Source: the human T2T-CHM13v2.0 reference genome, Homo sapiens
Assembly (NCBI RefSeq): GCF_009914755.1
Contig: NC_060929.1
Length of the DNA: 64,000 nt
Direction: 5' to 3' (one strand)
Below the pieces are notes generated by a model. The model worked only from the letters and a program-made list of their open reading frames with translations. It was not told where the DNA came from and made no database searches. This document shows, in pieces, positions 1 to 13,368 of this stretch (its first letter is position 1; every line of letters starts with the position of its first letter). Both the position numbers and the translations under genes were made by a program.

Positions 1-715
1 ATGCAAATCAAAACCACAATGAGATACCATCTCACACCAGTTAGAATGGCGATCATTAAAAAGTCAGTAAACAACAGATACTGGAGAGGATGTGGAGAAA
101 TAGGAGCAATTTTACACTGTTGGTGGGACTGTAAACTAGTTCAACCATTGTGGAAGTCAGTGTGGCGATTCCTCAGGGATCTAGAATTAGAAATACCATT
201 ACTGGGTATACACCCAAAGGATTATAAATCGTGCTGCTATAAAGACACATGAACACGTATGTTTATTGTGGCACTATTCACAATAGCAAAGACTTGGAAC
301 CAACCCAAATGTCCAACCATGATAGTCTGGATTAAGAAAATGTGGGACATACACCATGGAATACTATGCAGCCATTAAAAATGATGAGTTCGTGTCCTTT
401 GTAGGGACATGGATGAAGCTGGAAACCATCACTCTCAGCAAACTATCACAAGGACAAAAAACCAAACACTGCATATTCTCGCTCATAGGTGGGAATTGAA
501 CAATGAGAACACATGGACACAGGAAGGGGAACATCACACACCAGGGCCTGTTGTGGGGTGGGGGCAAGGGGGAGGATAGCATTTGGAGATATACCTAATG
601 TTAAATGATGAGTTACTGGGTGCAGCACACCAACATGGCACATATATACATATGTAACTAACCTGCACGTTGTGCACACGTACCCTAAAACTTAAAGTAT
701 AATAAAAAATAAAAA
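1..715 (+). mobile_element. L1PA (about L1PA4-type) 3' end: ORF2 C-terminus, 3'UTR and A-tail; continues left of the window
   Basis: ORF 1-252 is the L1 ORF2 C-terminus ([15 protein letters not shown]...[13 protein letters not shown]); canonical 3' end TACCCTAAAACTTAAAGTATAATAAAAA at ~681-709. Confidence 0.95.
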
Positions 716-2486
716 TAATCCTACTTATAATTAAAAAAAAGATACACCAAAGAAACTATACAGATATTCCCTAACAACACAAAACTTTAACAATGAAGTT
801 AAACTGTATAGCAAAAGCCAAGTATGACAATACACATGAATAATTTATAAAATAAACCTTTAAATCCTAGAAAACTAAAGTGGGGAGATCTTACTAAGGG
901 GTAACATACATAAAATGAGGACTAAAAGCAAGGAACAATCCTTAACACTTTCCCAATGACTGACTAAACCTCAAAAAGACAACTTAGGAAAATGATTAAC
1001 ATGTAGTTTTTATTTTTTTCCTAGCCGGTTCAGTTCTACTTAGACAGACCTGGTTACCAATCGATACGTATATAGATTATTTTTTTCTTTCTACTCAGTT
1101 ACTACCATTTTTTTCTTTTTCCTCTTTTCCCTAATTTTTCCTCTGGTTTGATGAGTTGAACTCAAAAGGTTTGGTACCTAAAATGATTATCGATGCTTAT
1201 AGGAATAGCACTAGAGAAGTGCAATCCTAGAAAAGGCAAATTTTTAACAGAGGTGGCTTGACAAAGTTAAGCATTCATTCTCAATATGACAATGTCTCCC
1301 ATGTTAGTCACAAGGTTAATGGCTGCTCTTGGGTAGATCCCTTGACCCTGCATGATACTGTAATGCTTCCTAGTGAGGTACTGCAGAGCTATGTCACACA
1401 CACCCATGAAAGCTTTCAATAAATGCAAAGCATCATTTTAAACCATTTCAGTGGAAAAAATAAAAAAAAATCACGTTTCTCTCGGCTTGCTTTGTTTCTT
1501 GAGCTGGCTTGAAGTGCTTTTGGTGATATAGAAGACACAAGAGTTAGTTAGTGGCTACTCCAAGCTCTTTAGACTTCAGCACTTTCCGTTCTTCAAGCCT
1601 CAGCACTTTTTTTTTGTGGCAATTATGGTATTCTTCATTAGCATTGCCACTGTCATAGGGCCAACACCTCCAGAAACTGGAGTGATATAACTGGCTTTTT
1701 GCCTAACTCCTTTAAAATCCACATTTCCAACCAACTTAGGTTTAGCAGTTACAGGATCTTGAACTGTATCTATTCCCACATCAATGCTATTGCTTCTCCC
1801 TTGGTCATATTTGCTGTGATCAGATTTGGAACACCTGCAACAGATATTACAATATCTGCAAGAATTGTATGTTTCCTCAACTGCTCTTTGGGGGTATATC
1901 AATGAGATATTATAACAGTGGCATCACCTCCGTGACGTTCATGCACCCCATCTGTGTGCAGTGACATTGCAATAGGCATTACAACATTTTTTGACCTTCC
2001 AGCCACAACCACATTCTTCCCTAGGGTTGGAATGCCAGTTTGCTTAATTATTTCCCACACACTGCATGGAGTAGCTGGTATACGGAATACTGGTCCAGAT
2101 ACATTCACCCTACATTAATTACATGAAAGCCATCAACATCCTTATCTGGAAAAACAGAATTGCAGATCTTTCTCTCATCAATGTGCTCTGGAAGAGGCAG
2201 GTGGAGAAGGAGGCCATCTACATTACCATCATTATTCAATTTATTGATTAAATTCAACAATTCTTCCTCTGAAATTGAAGCTGGTTTCACAATTATCTCA
2301 CTGTTGATTCCCACATCTGCAGCTGCCCTGGTTTTGTTGAGGATATGGCAGAGACTTGCAGGAGTTTTGCTGACCAGAGCCACGCTCAGGCATGGCCCTT
2401 TGTTGCCAGAGGCCACCTGCTCCTCCACCTCCTGCCGCACTTCCTGCTTGATCCACTGGGCCAGTTTCCTGACAACAGCTTCATTT

Positions 2487-2672
2487 AGTTGGCAATGGGT
2501 TCTTCCCAAGAACCCCACTGCTTCATCCAAAGCTGACAGACCAAGAGTGAGTATCTGACTGCAAAGGCAACAATTTTTAGGTTGGCCAGCTGTTCAGTTG
2601 GTGCAAAAGCTTAGCTCATAAGAGCAGTGAGAGTTATCGGAACCAGTAAGAGCTCGTCCGAGGGAGTTCAAA
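2487..2672 (-). other. 186-nt extra segment between MTHFD2 exon-1- and exon-2-derived sequence (candidate fossil cassette exon)
   Basis: Exon-1-like ...HLAAV ends ~2673; exon-2-like AAATGAAGCTGTTGTC starts at 2486; the segment has no GT..AG ends, poly(A) or TSD. Confidence 0.7.
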
Positions 2673-2797
2673 GGAACTGCCGCGAGGTGGAAAGGGCGAG
2701 GACAGAGGCGGCAGCTCTGAGCGGGCTGGATCAGCCGGCGACCAACGCTGACATGAGGGAAGTCGCAGCCATAGCCCGCGCCGGTGCCCGCGCTCGG
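2638..2797. promoter_or_regulatory. Small CpG-rich patch (retrocopy 5' end)
   Basis: 18 CpGs counted in ~160 bp versus about 6 in 1544-2486. Confidence 0.5.
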
Positions 2798-2931
2798 CTG
2801 ACAGTGATTTTAAATAAAGTTTTGTTGAAGGAAGATAGGTACGTTTCATTTATGGAAATGAAGGTGGAATTTTTTACAAAAATTAAGTTCCGCAGAAAAG
2901 TAGTATTAATGGGATTAGCTGTGACACAGTC

Positions 2932-2950
2932 TCCCAGCAGGGGGCAACAC
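2932..2950 (+). promoter_or_regulatory. CTCF-like motif CCAGCAGGGGGCAA
   Basis: Matches CCASYAGRKGGCR core at 2934-2946; binding not shown. Confidence 0.55.
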
Positions 2951-3649
2951 GTTGGGAATCAGAAGTAGCTGGGCAAATGCTTTTCAACTTTTTTGCCTTT
3001 GTGTCCCAGCCTGGTTAAAGTTCTGAAAAACATTCATTTTAAACTAAATTTCAACTAGTTATGAAATGATTAAACACCTTTTTTTAAATATTCTGACTTG
3101 GTACCTAAGTATTCGATTTTTTTTTCTGTTACATACCGAAATTTAAGAATACGTAATAATAATAAATTACTGCAAAGTTATTACCCTCTATGTAAATTTT
3201 TTTAATTGTTGAAAATGATTTCTTTTGAATTTCATTGACATCCTCATGTTTTGAAAATTGCAGGATTTGTTGCACAAACCCTCAGTTCATGGTATTCTTA
3301 CATCTTATGATTTTATGAATGCCCATTCTGTTCCCATGGAAATTTTCAGTTTTTATCTTCTAGATATTTTTAAAGCGTGTTATTTATATTGAAGGTTTTC
3401 TTATCTATAAAGTTCCAATCCAACAAATGTATTGTTTTTCTAAGTGCAAGCTCTTTTGCAAATGGTTTTGTCCCTGTCTTATTTTGGGTAACCTTCTTTT
3501 TATACTCTACAGTTGTCACACATTTGTTGACATACGGTCAGATAGAGCAGCCAAGGGTTGGTGCCCCTTAGCAGCATCCTGTAATCCTATCTCCTTTATT
3601 AATACCTAAGCTTACCTTTTCCACTCACTTTTTCCTTTTCTTACTCTGA

Positions 3650-4790
3650 AACATATACATTTCCAGAAGAGTTCATGAAAATATATTGTAGTTTAATGAG
3701 TGCTTATAAAACAAACACTTGTGTAACCTAAGTCAAAAAGTAAAACTGGCAGCATTCCAAAACACATATCCAGTCTATTCATGCCGTTCTCCCCAATTAC
3801 AGTTCTATCCCTCCACCCTGGAGGTATCCCTATGTCTTAATCAATTTTGTGCTGATAGAACATCTCAGACTAGATAATTTAAAATGAACAGGAATGTATT
3901 GGTTCATGTTTCTGGAGGTAATCCATACTATAATATTTGGCTATATCATTTTCTTTTTAATATACTCTCCCATTATATGAATATTTCATAATTCATGCAT
4001 GCTACTATAAGTGAACATTGAGGATGTTGACAGTTTTTGATTACTGTAAACAATGCTGCTACAAATGCATGTGTGTGGATGTATTTAGGATAAATGGTGA
4101 GTTGCACACCTTAACATTTTCCTGGTGAAGCACCTCTTGGATTTTAAAATCCAAACTTCAGAATGTAGGTGTCTTTGCAATATATTACTTGCTGATGTCT
4201 TACACACACACAAAAATGTGCAGTCATGCCCCCAAAGCTCAATACTACATTTTAAACAAAACAATGTGTGTGTGTTGTGAAAAAAAGGTGGGGATAAGAG
4301 TGAAATCTTGAGTTCTATTTTAAATAGAATTAAGTGTAAATGCTGTGAAAGGTATAGCTGAGAATCAATAAAGGCCATAGTACTGTGGTTACTGTATACA
4401 AAGCAACCATTTAATGAACATTTAAATCTTTTTACATCCAAACATGATTGGTTGTTATATATAGGCATTTTACTGTGAATTAGTTCTGTTTTAGAAAATT
4501 GGTTGAAGTTTTGAGTTGATATATAAAACATTATCATTTTTCTCATTTAAAATATTGAGAATTTGGTTCTCAATTAGCACTTATAGATGCCTAATTTACA
4601 GCAGTAGATATCTGATTTTAAGTGGAGTATCCTGAAATTGAAAAATGCTAAACCTAAAATGGAAATGCTGGGTCATAGATTGTATATATCTTTACCTTGG
4701 CTAGATAATGGCAGATTGTTTTCCAAAGAGGTGGTACAAATATTCCCATCAGGGGTGTATGAGAATTCCATTTATTATATCTTCACCTGT
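3650..4790 (-). mobile_element. Old L1M (L1ME-like) 3' fragments, interrupted by a MaLR LTR piece (~3833-3918) and a ~555-bp insert (4096-4651)
   Basis: L1-antisense phrases AACAATGCTGCTA..., GGAAATGCTGGGTCATAG, TTTTCCAAAGAGGTGGTAC. Confidence 0.6.
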
Positions 4791-5029
4791 TAACCAATTT
4801 TCCTAATATTTGAGAAAAAGTTCTGTATAACAGAAGAAAACCAGTTATAAAATATGCAAGAAATTATAGAAAATGTAATTTTACAGGCCCAAATGATATT
4901 ATTAGATTAAGAGGAAATATTAATTGGTGTCAAAACCATTAAGTAAATGATTGATGATAAACTGGTCATTGGTTAATTGTTAAAAAAAAAAACCCTAATA
5001 GATTAGTTTTTAACCACAAGGAAAAAAGC

Positions 5030-5520
5030 TTATCTGTATAGTGGATGGGAAAAACAAAATAACTTAGTGTAAGAATTTATCAGTCATAGTGCCACCAATG
5101 ATGGTTAACCAGATATTATGTGACATTGGGTATGATGCTACATGAAGTATACACCATCACTTTAATTGTTATTGGCAAAAATAATTTAAATTTATTAAGC
5201 TTCTAACATAATATACAATACAGAATATAGACTATAGACAGGAAATATAGGATATGGGCTAACAAGTTCAATAATAGTATGGCAAAGCAACTAGACAAAT
5301 TCAGGAATATTCTACAGAATGTAATTGGCTTGGGATTTTTAAAAAGTTAGTATTATGAAAAAGAGATTGTAATCAATTATAAGAAATTTAACAAATATAA
5401 AACCAAATGCAAGATTGGATCCTACATTTGATATTTGAATGGACAAATAAACTGTATGTAATATTTTTTGGGTCAACTGGGGGAATTTTGAACATAGTCT
5501 CAGCAGTAGATGAGATAAAA
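5030..5520 (+). mobile_element. Old L1M (L1MC/L1ME-like) 3'UTR fragment
   Basis: AACCAAATGCAA..TGGATCCT and TTTTGGGTCAACTGGGGGAATTTTGAA resemble L1MC/ME 3' ends. Confidence 0.45.
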
Positions 5521-5612
5521 TGTACTGAAAGAGAAAGTTACTAAAAAAACAAAACCAGATTGAGGAATGGTATGTACAATAAAATTTTATATTGATGTAA
5601 AACTAGAGAGAG

Positions 5613-5647
<35 letters not shown>

Positions 5648-5656
5648 TGTGTGTGT
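5613..5656. repeat. (TG)n microsatellite
   Basis: Direct reading. Confidence 0.95.
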
Positions 5657-6339
5657 ATAAAGACCTGGAAAGGTAAACATTAAGGTGATGAGCATTGGTG
5701 GACACTGATGGTAATTAAATTGATTTAATTAAATTCAAAAATTTCCTATAGTGCACATGTGCTGCTTCTGTAACTATACTTTTTAAAAGTACAAACAAGA
5801 TAATAAAAAGTTAACCAATTTAACAGATTACTTTTTGTCAACTGATTACTTTTTAATGGAGTGTATTTCCTGCTAAGAATTAAGATATGAAAGAAAAATA
5901 TTTTTGGCCTAATAATAATTCTATGCATGACTAGCATTTCATATGCTAGATAATCTTCCTGGAAATAATGATTGCCTTGATTGTTATTATAAAGACCACT
6001 CCATAGGGTCATAAATCATCTAGTGTCCTCATCTTCTTTCCTGATTATGTGCATTTTAGTATGAATCTTAAAATAGGTAAAATGTTTCTTTCTCTATTCT
6101 AGCATTTTATAGTTTTGGTTCTATCATTTTCTTCTCTGTTACATTATGTTTAGTTTATTAAAGGAAGAAATAGATTGATTAAAATAAATTACAAAGAATT
6201 TATGTGCAGATGGCTGTCAATAATTGTGATTAGGTTCTTTACACTCTTACTTATTTCATTTTATAAATATGTATTTTCAAAAACATGCACATCTTCTTTC
6301 TACTCTCTTTTCAAAGCCTAGATCATAATTTCTCAGTTC

Positions 6340-8142
<1,803 letters not shown>

Positions 8143-8144
8143 TT

Positions 8145-9770
8145 TTTACACATTCAATCTTTTGTTGCTATTGTCATTCTTTTTACTTTTACATAAGCTA
8201 TTAATACATAATGGGTTGATAATGGGTTAAAGCTAATATTTTTGCTTTAAATAGCTGATTATCTTTTAGACCCATTAAACTTCTGCCTGAAAAATTTTCT
8301 TTAACATTTATATAGTATATAAACCTGCTGGCAATGAATTCTCCTAGTTTTTGTTTATTTTAGAAAGTCTTTATTTTTCTATTTGAAAGATATTATTACT
8401 AGGGATAGAATTCTGGGTTGAGAATTTTTGTTTTTCAGCACTGTAAAGCTAGACTAGTGTCTTCTGGCTTGCATCATCTCTCTAATTGTTATCTTTCTTT
8501 CTCCGTATGTATGTATCCTCCTTTTTCTTTTGTTGTCTCAACACTTCTTCTTTGTCTTTTGCTTTCAGCAGTTTTAAGATGGTATCCTTGGTCTGGGGTG
8601 TGTACGTTTGTGTAATTATCTTTCCTGGTGTTCTCTGAGCTTCTTGAAACTGTGGTTTGGTGTCTGTCATCAATTTTGGAGAATTCTTGGCCTTTTTCCT
8701 TCAAGTATTTCTGTTGCCTTTTTCTCTATTTCTGTTTCTAGAATTTCAATTACATGTATGTTAGATGGTTTGATATTGTTCCACAGCTCTTGGATGCTCT
8801 CTTCTTGTTTTTTGTTTGTTTATTTGTTTGGGTTTTTTTGGATGTTTTTTTCCCAGGTATGTTTTTCTCTTTGTGTTTCAGTCTGAGTAATATCTGTCAA
8901 TCTATTTTTAAGTTTACTAATTCTTTTGCTAGATTCTTGTAAGTCTACTAATGACTCAGTTGAAGGCATGCTTTGTCACTGTTATTGTGCTATTTGTTTC
9001 TAACATTTCCATTTGATCCATTCTTTTTTTTTCCATCCTTCTGCTGAAATTACCTGCCTGATCCTGCATGTTGTTCACCTTCTCTCTTAGAACTTTAAAA
9101 CATATTAATCAAATTTATTTTAAATTTCCTGTCATTTAGTTTCAACATCTGCATCATATCTGAATCTGGTTCTGGTGATTGCTTTTTTGCTTGGTAGTGT
9201 GTGTATGCATGTGTGTTTTATTTTCCTTACTTTTTGTATTCCTCATCATTTTTTGTTAAATACTAGTCATGTTACGTAGGAAATAATGGTTTTTATTTCT
9301 GGAAGTGGGTGTATCCTTTTTTTCTGTTAGGCCTTTAGTGTCAGGGATTGAGTTAATCTATTTAGGAGGCAGGCTGAGTTTGAAGTGTGTTTCTGCTATG
9401 GTCCCAGTGCCATTCTGCAGTAGCTGCAGTTCCTACCTTCAGGCCAGTGCCATAAGAGTTGATTCTTAGGACTCTTGCCAGGCTTTTTCATGAGTGCTAG
9501 TGGGGTCTATGGAGAAAAGGTGAGAACTTTACTTTCATCTGCAATCCCTAGGACTCTATGGTCTCTCACTAGCCCACACTTAGCTTCTATTAATTTATTA
9601 ACAATTCTAGCTGAATTATTCTTACTGACATCTGGCTTTGTCTGCCCCAGGGAAGCAAGTGCTTACATCTCATCTCTTCCTGCTGGAATTGTCTTTCTAT
9701 AGAGTTAAGACTAATTAATTGATGTATGAGCTCAGCTCTCTGATTTAAGAATTTGCCCAGCATATGTTGT
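8145..9770 (-). mobile_element. Old L1M ORF1/5' region fragments
   Basis: Minus ORF TKPQFQEAQRTPGKI resembles L1 ORF1 (IQEAQRTP); T-rich antisense L1 texture. Confidence 0.65.
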
Positions 9771-10201
9771 TAGAATGAGATCTCTCTAATCTACAGTAGA
9801 AGCCAGAATTTATTAGACTCCATTGTTGCTTTGTTCTACTGAAGCAAGAGATCTAAAGTAAGTTTGCTCAATAGAAAGAATATTGTGTGTATTAATGAGA
9901 GACTGGTTAACTATATTAGAGTATATATGGTATATAGTTCTATTACTAATCTTATCTTACAGAGGAGAAAATAAGGCTCTGAAGGGCTAAAAATTGTACA
10001 GAACAATTCAATAGTAAGTAATAAGCTGGTACCTCACTATACTAAACTACTTTTATTATTATTAGCTTTTAAAAACTTGTGGCAAAATATTCATAACATA
10101 AAATTTAACATCTTAACCATTGTTAAGTATATAGTTTAGTAGTGTTACCTACATTCACATTTTATAAACTTTTTTGATCTGGACACTACAATTAAACTTA
10201 G

Positions 10202-12774
10202 TGTGTTAGGCTGTTTTTGCATTGTTATAAAAGAATACCTGAATCTGGGTAATTTATAAAGAAAGGAGATTTAAATGGCTCATGGTTCTGTAGGCTGTAT
10301 GAGAAGCATGGTGCCAGCATCTGCTTGGCTTCTAGTGAGGCCTCAAGAAGCTTACAATCGTGGTGGAAGGAGACAAAGACACAGCATGTCACATGGTGAG
10401 AGTGGGAGCAAGAAAGAGAGAGGGGAGAGGTTCCATGCTCTTTGAAATAACCAGATCTCACATGAACTACCAGAATGAGAACTCACTCATCACCAGGGGA
10501 CAGTGCTAAGCCATTCATGAAGGATTTGTTTCTATGATCCAAACATCTCCCACCAGGCCCCACGTCCAACTTTGGGGATTACTTTTCAACTTGAGATTTG
10601 GAGGGGAAAAATGTCCAAACTATATCATTCATCCCCTGACCCACCAAATCTCATGACCTGCTCACATTTCAAAATAGAATCATGCCTTTGCAATAGTTTC
10701 CCAAAGTCTTAACTTGTTCCAGACTTAACTTAAAAGTTCCAAAGTTCAAATCCAAAGTTTCATCTGAGACTCAAGGCCAAGTTCCTTCCACTGATGAACC
10801 TATAAAATCAAATACAAATCAAAGAAATCACTTTCTTCCAAGATAAGATGGTATTATAGGCATTGGGTAAACATTTCCATTCCAAAAGGGAGAAATTGGC
10901 CAAAAAGAAAGGGGTAATAGGCCCCATGCAAGTCTGGAACCCAGCAGGGCAGGCGTTAAATCTTAAAGCTCCAAAATAATCTCCTTTGATCCCATGTCCT
11001 GCATCCAGAGCACACTGGTGCAAGGTGTGGGTTCCCAAGGCCTTGGGCAGCTCTGCTTCTGTGGCTTTGCAGGGTGAAGCCCCTGTGGATGCTGTCATGA
11101 ATTGGAGGTGTGTACCTGCAGGTTTTCCAGGCTCAGGATGCAAGCTGCCCATGACTAACATTCTGGAGTCTAAAGGGCAGTGGCCTCCTTTCCACAGCTC
11201 CAGTAGGCCATGTCTGTGTGGGGGCTCCAGCTCCACATTTCCTCTTCACACGGCCCTAGTAGAAATTCTCAGTGAGGGATACAGCCCTGTTAACAGGATT
11301 CGCATCCTGTGAAATCTAGGAGAAAGCTGTCAAGCCTCCTTCATGCCTGCATTCTGTGTGCCTGCCACTTAACACTATATGGAAGCTAGTAAATCTTGTG
11401 GCTTGTGACCTTCAAAGCTGTGGCTCAAGCTGTACCTGGGTCCTGTTGAGCTAGAGCTGCTGGGATGTGGGGAGCAGTGTTCTGAGACTGAGAAGGGCAA
11501 TGGGGCCCTGGATCTGGCCCCCCAAACCATTCTTTCCTCCTAGGCCTATAAACCTGTGATGTGAGGGGCTGCCTTGAAGACTTCTGCAATGCCTTTGAAG
11601 TCTTTTTCCCATTGGTCTTAGATATGAGCACTTGGCTCCCTTTTAGTCATACTAATATCTCTAGCAAGTGGTTCCTCCACAGCCTGCTTGTATTCCTCTC
11701 CTGAAAATGCTTTTTTTTCTCTGCCACATGGCTAGCTTGCAAATTTTCCAGAGTTTTACACTCTGCTTCCCTTTTAAATATAAGGTTCAACTTTAAGTCA
11801 TTTATTTGTTCCCATATCTGATTGCAGGCTGTTAGAAGCAGCCAGACTAACTCTTGAACATTTTGCTGCTTAAAAATTTCTTCTGCCAGTTACTCTGTCA
11901 TCACTGTTAAGTTCAAACTGCCACAGATCCCTAGACTCTGGACACAAGGCAACCAAGATCTTTGCTAATGCATAACAAGTGTGACCTTTGCTCAAGTTCC
12001 TAATAAATTTCTCTTTTCCATCTGAGACCTCCTTAGCCTGGCCTTCACTGTCCATATTTCTCAAAAAACTCCTGACCTCAGGTGATCTGCCTACCTCAGC
12101 CTCCCAAAGTGCTGGGATTACAGGCATGAACCACCATGCCTGGTCGCTGTCCATATTTCTATCAGAATTTTGGTTACAATGATTTAATCATTCTCTAAAA
12201 TATTCCAAACTTTTCCTCATCTTCTTTTCTTCTTCAATGCCCTCCAAACTCTTCCAACCTCTGCCCATTGCTCAGCTCCAAAGCTGCTTCCACATTTTCT
12301 GGTATCTTTATAGCAATGCCCCACTTCTGGCACTAAGTTTCTGTATTAGTCCATTCTTGTGTCTCTATAAGGGAATAGTTACAACTGGGTCATTTATAAA
12401 GAAAACAGGCTTAATTAGCACACAGTTCTGCAGTCTGAATGAGAAACATGGTGCCAACATCTGCTTGGCTTCTGGTGAGGGCCTCAGGAAGCTTACTATC
12501 ATGGCCTAAGTTGATGGGAAGCCAGCATGTCACATGGTGAGAGTGGAAGCAAGATACAGATGGGGAGATGCCATGCTCTTTTAAACAACCACACCTCTTT
12601 TGAACTATAAGAGCAAGAGCTCACTCATCACCACTTTGTAAAAGGGATGGCGTAAAACCATTTATGAGGGATCTACCCCTGTGAAAAAAACATCTTGCAC
12701 CAGGTCACACCTCCAACGTTGGAGATTATATTTCAACATGAGGTTTGGAGGGAACAAACATTCAAACTCTATTA
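10202..12774 (-). mobile_element. Full-length MSTA MaLR retrotransposon: LTR 10202-10627, internal 10628-12341, LTR 12342-12774
   Basis: Two homologous LTRs (TGT.TTAG..GCATCTGCTTGGCTTCT.GTGAGGCCTCA.GAAGCTTAC..CAAACT.TAT.A), MST-int between them, 5-bp TSD CTTAG at 10197-10201 and 12775-12779. Confidence 0.9.
12062..12146 (-). mobile_element. 5' ~80 nt of an Alu, flanked by 14-bp direct repeat
   Basis: CTGTCCATATTTCT at 12048-12061 and 12147-12160. Confidence 0.9.
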
Positions 12775-13368
12775 CTTAGAAAATTATAAAAGTACTAAAA
12801 ACACAATAACAAACACATTGTTTAAAAAAGTGTGAAATGAAGAAAATATAGAAAGAAGAAAACAGAAAAGAATTTATAATCTCTAAACCCAGATAGAACC
12901 ACTTTAAACATTTTGGTAAGTGGTTTTTTTAGGGTTCTTTCTAAATATTTAAGTTTGTATGTATTTCTTAAGTAGTATTCTGAAAATAACTTTTGAATGA
13001 CACTTTGTTTAACCTACTAAACTTCAACTGATATTGTTTTAGATGGTGTTGGCTTTATTTAGTGGCCAAGTTTTTCTCATATATAATCTGTAGACACCTA
13101 ACTTTCCCAAATTTTTTCTTTCAAAATGAAATAAACATATATTTTTATTCATTAAAAAAACTTAAGCTCAAGTCTTTTACATTTATTTTTATTTGATTTA
13201 AATTTGTGGACTTTGACCAAGATTCCAAACTCCTGAGTTTACTTTTAATCTTCATTCCATCATACATCATGCTTCTATTCTTGGAACTTGGTGTTGAGGG
13301 CAAAGCCCTCTTGACACATTCCATGAGAGCCTTAATTCTATTGGGATAAAGGTATTGATCCTCTTAAG

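Larger units (their letters stand above)
716..2797 (-). pseudogene. MTHFD2: Processed pseudogene (retrocopy) of MTHFD2, mitochondrial NAD-dependent methylenetetrahydrofolate dehydrogenase/cyclohydrolase. CDS-equivalent 2772->1544, followed by ~830 bp of probable 3'UTR
   Basis: ATG at 2772-2770 reads MAATSLMSAL. ORF fragments [64 protein letters not shown] and [17 protein letters not shown] match MTHFD2; ends ..GVATN* (TAA 1546-1544). No introns. Disabled by a frameshift at ~2737, a 9-nt ISG deletion, TGA stops at 2107-2105 and 1901-1899, and further frameshifts. Which numbered MTHFD2P this is cannot be determined from the sequence. Confidence 0.96.

Noticed and set aside
1600-2530. MTHFD2-like ORFs as a functional gene
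   Set aside because: Multiple stops and frameshifts, a deletion in exon 2 and no introns; it is a disabled retrocopy
2627-2968. 113-aa + strand ORF
   Set aside because: Mostly antisense of the GC-rich MTHFD2 5' end, GTG start, no recognisable domain
10808-11312. 142-aa and 108-aa ORFs
   Set aside because: Lie within MST internal sequence; decayed MaLR frames
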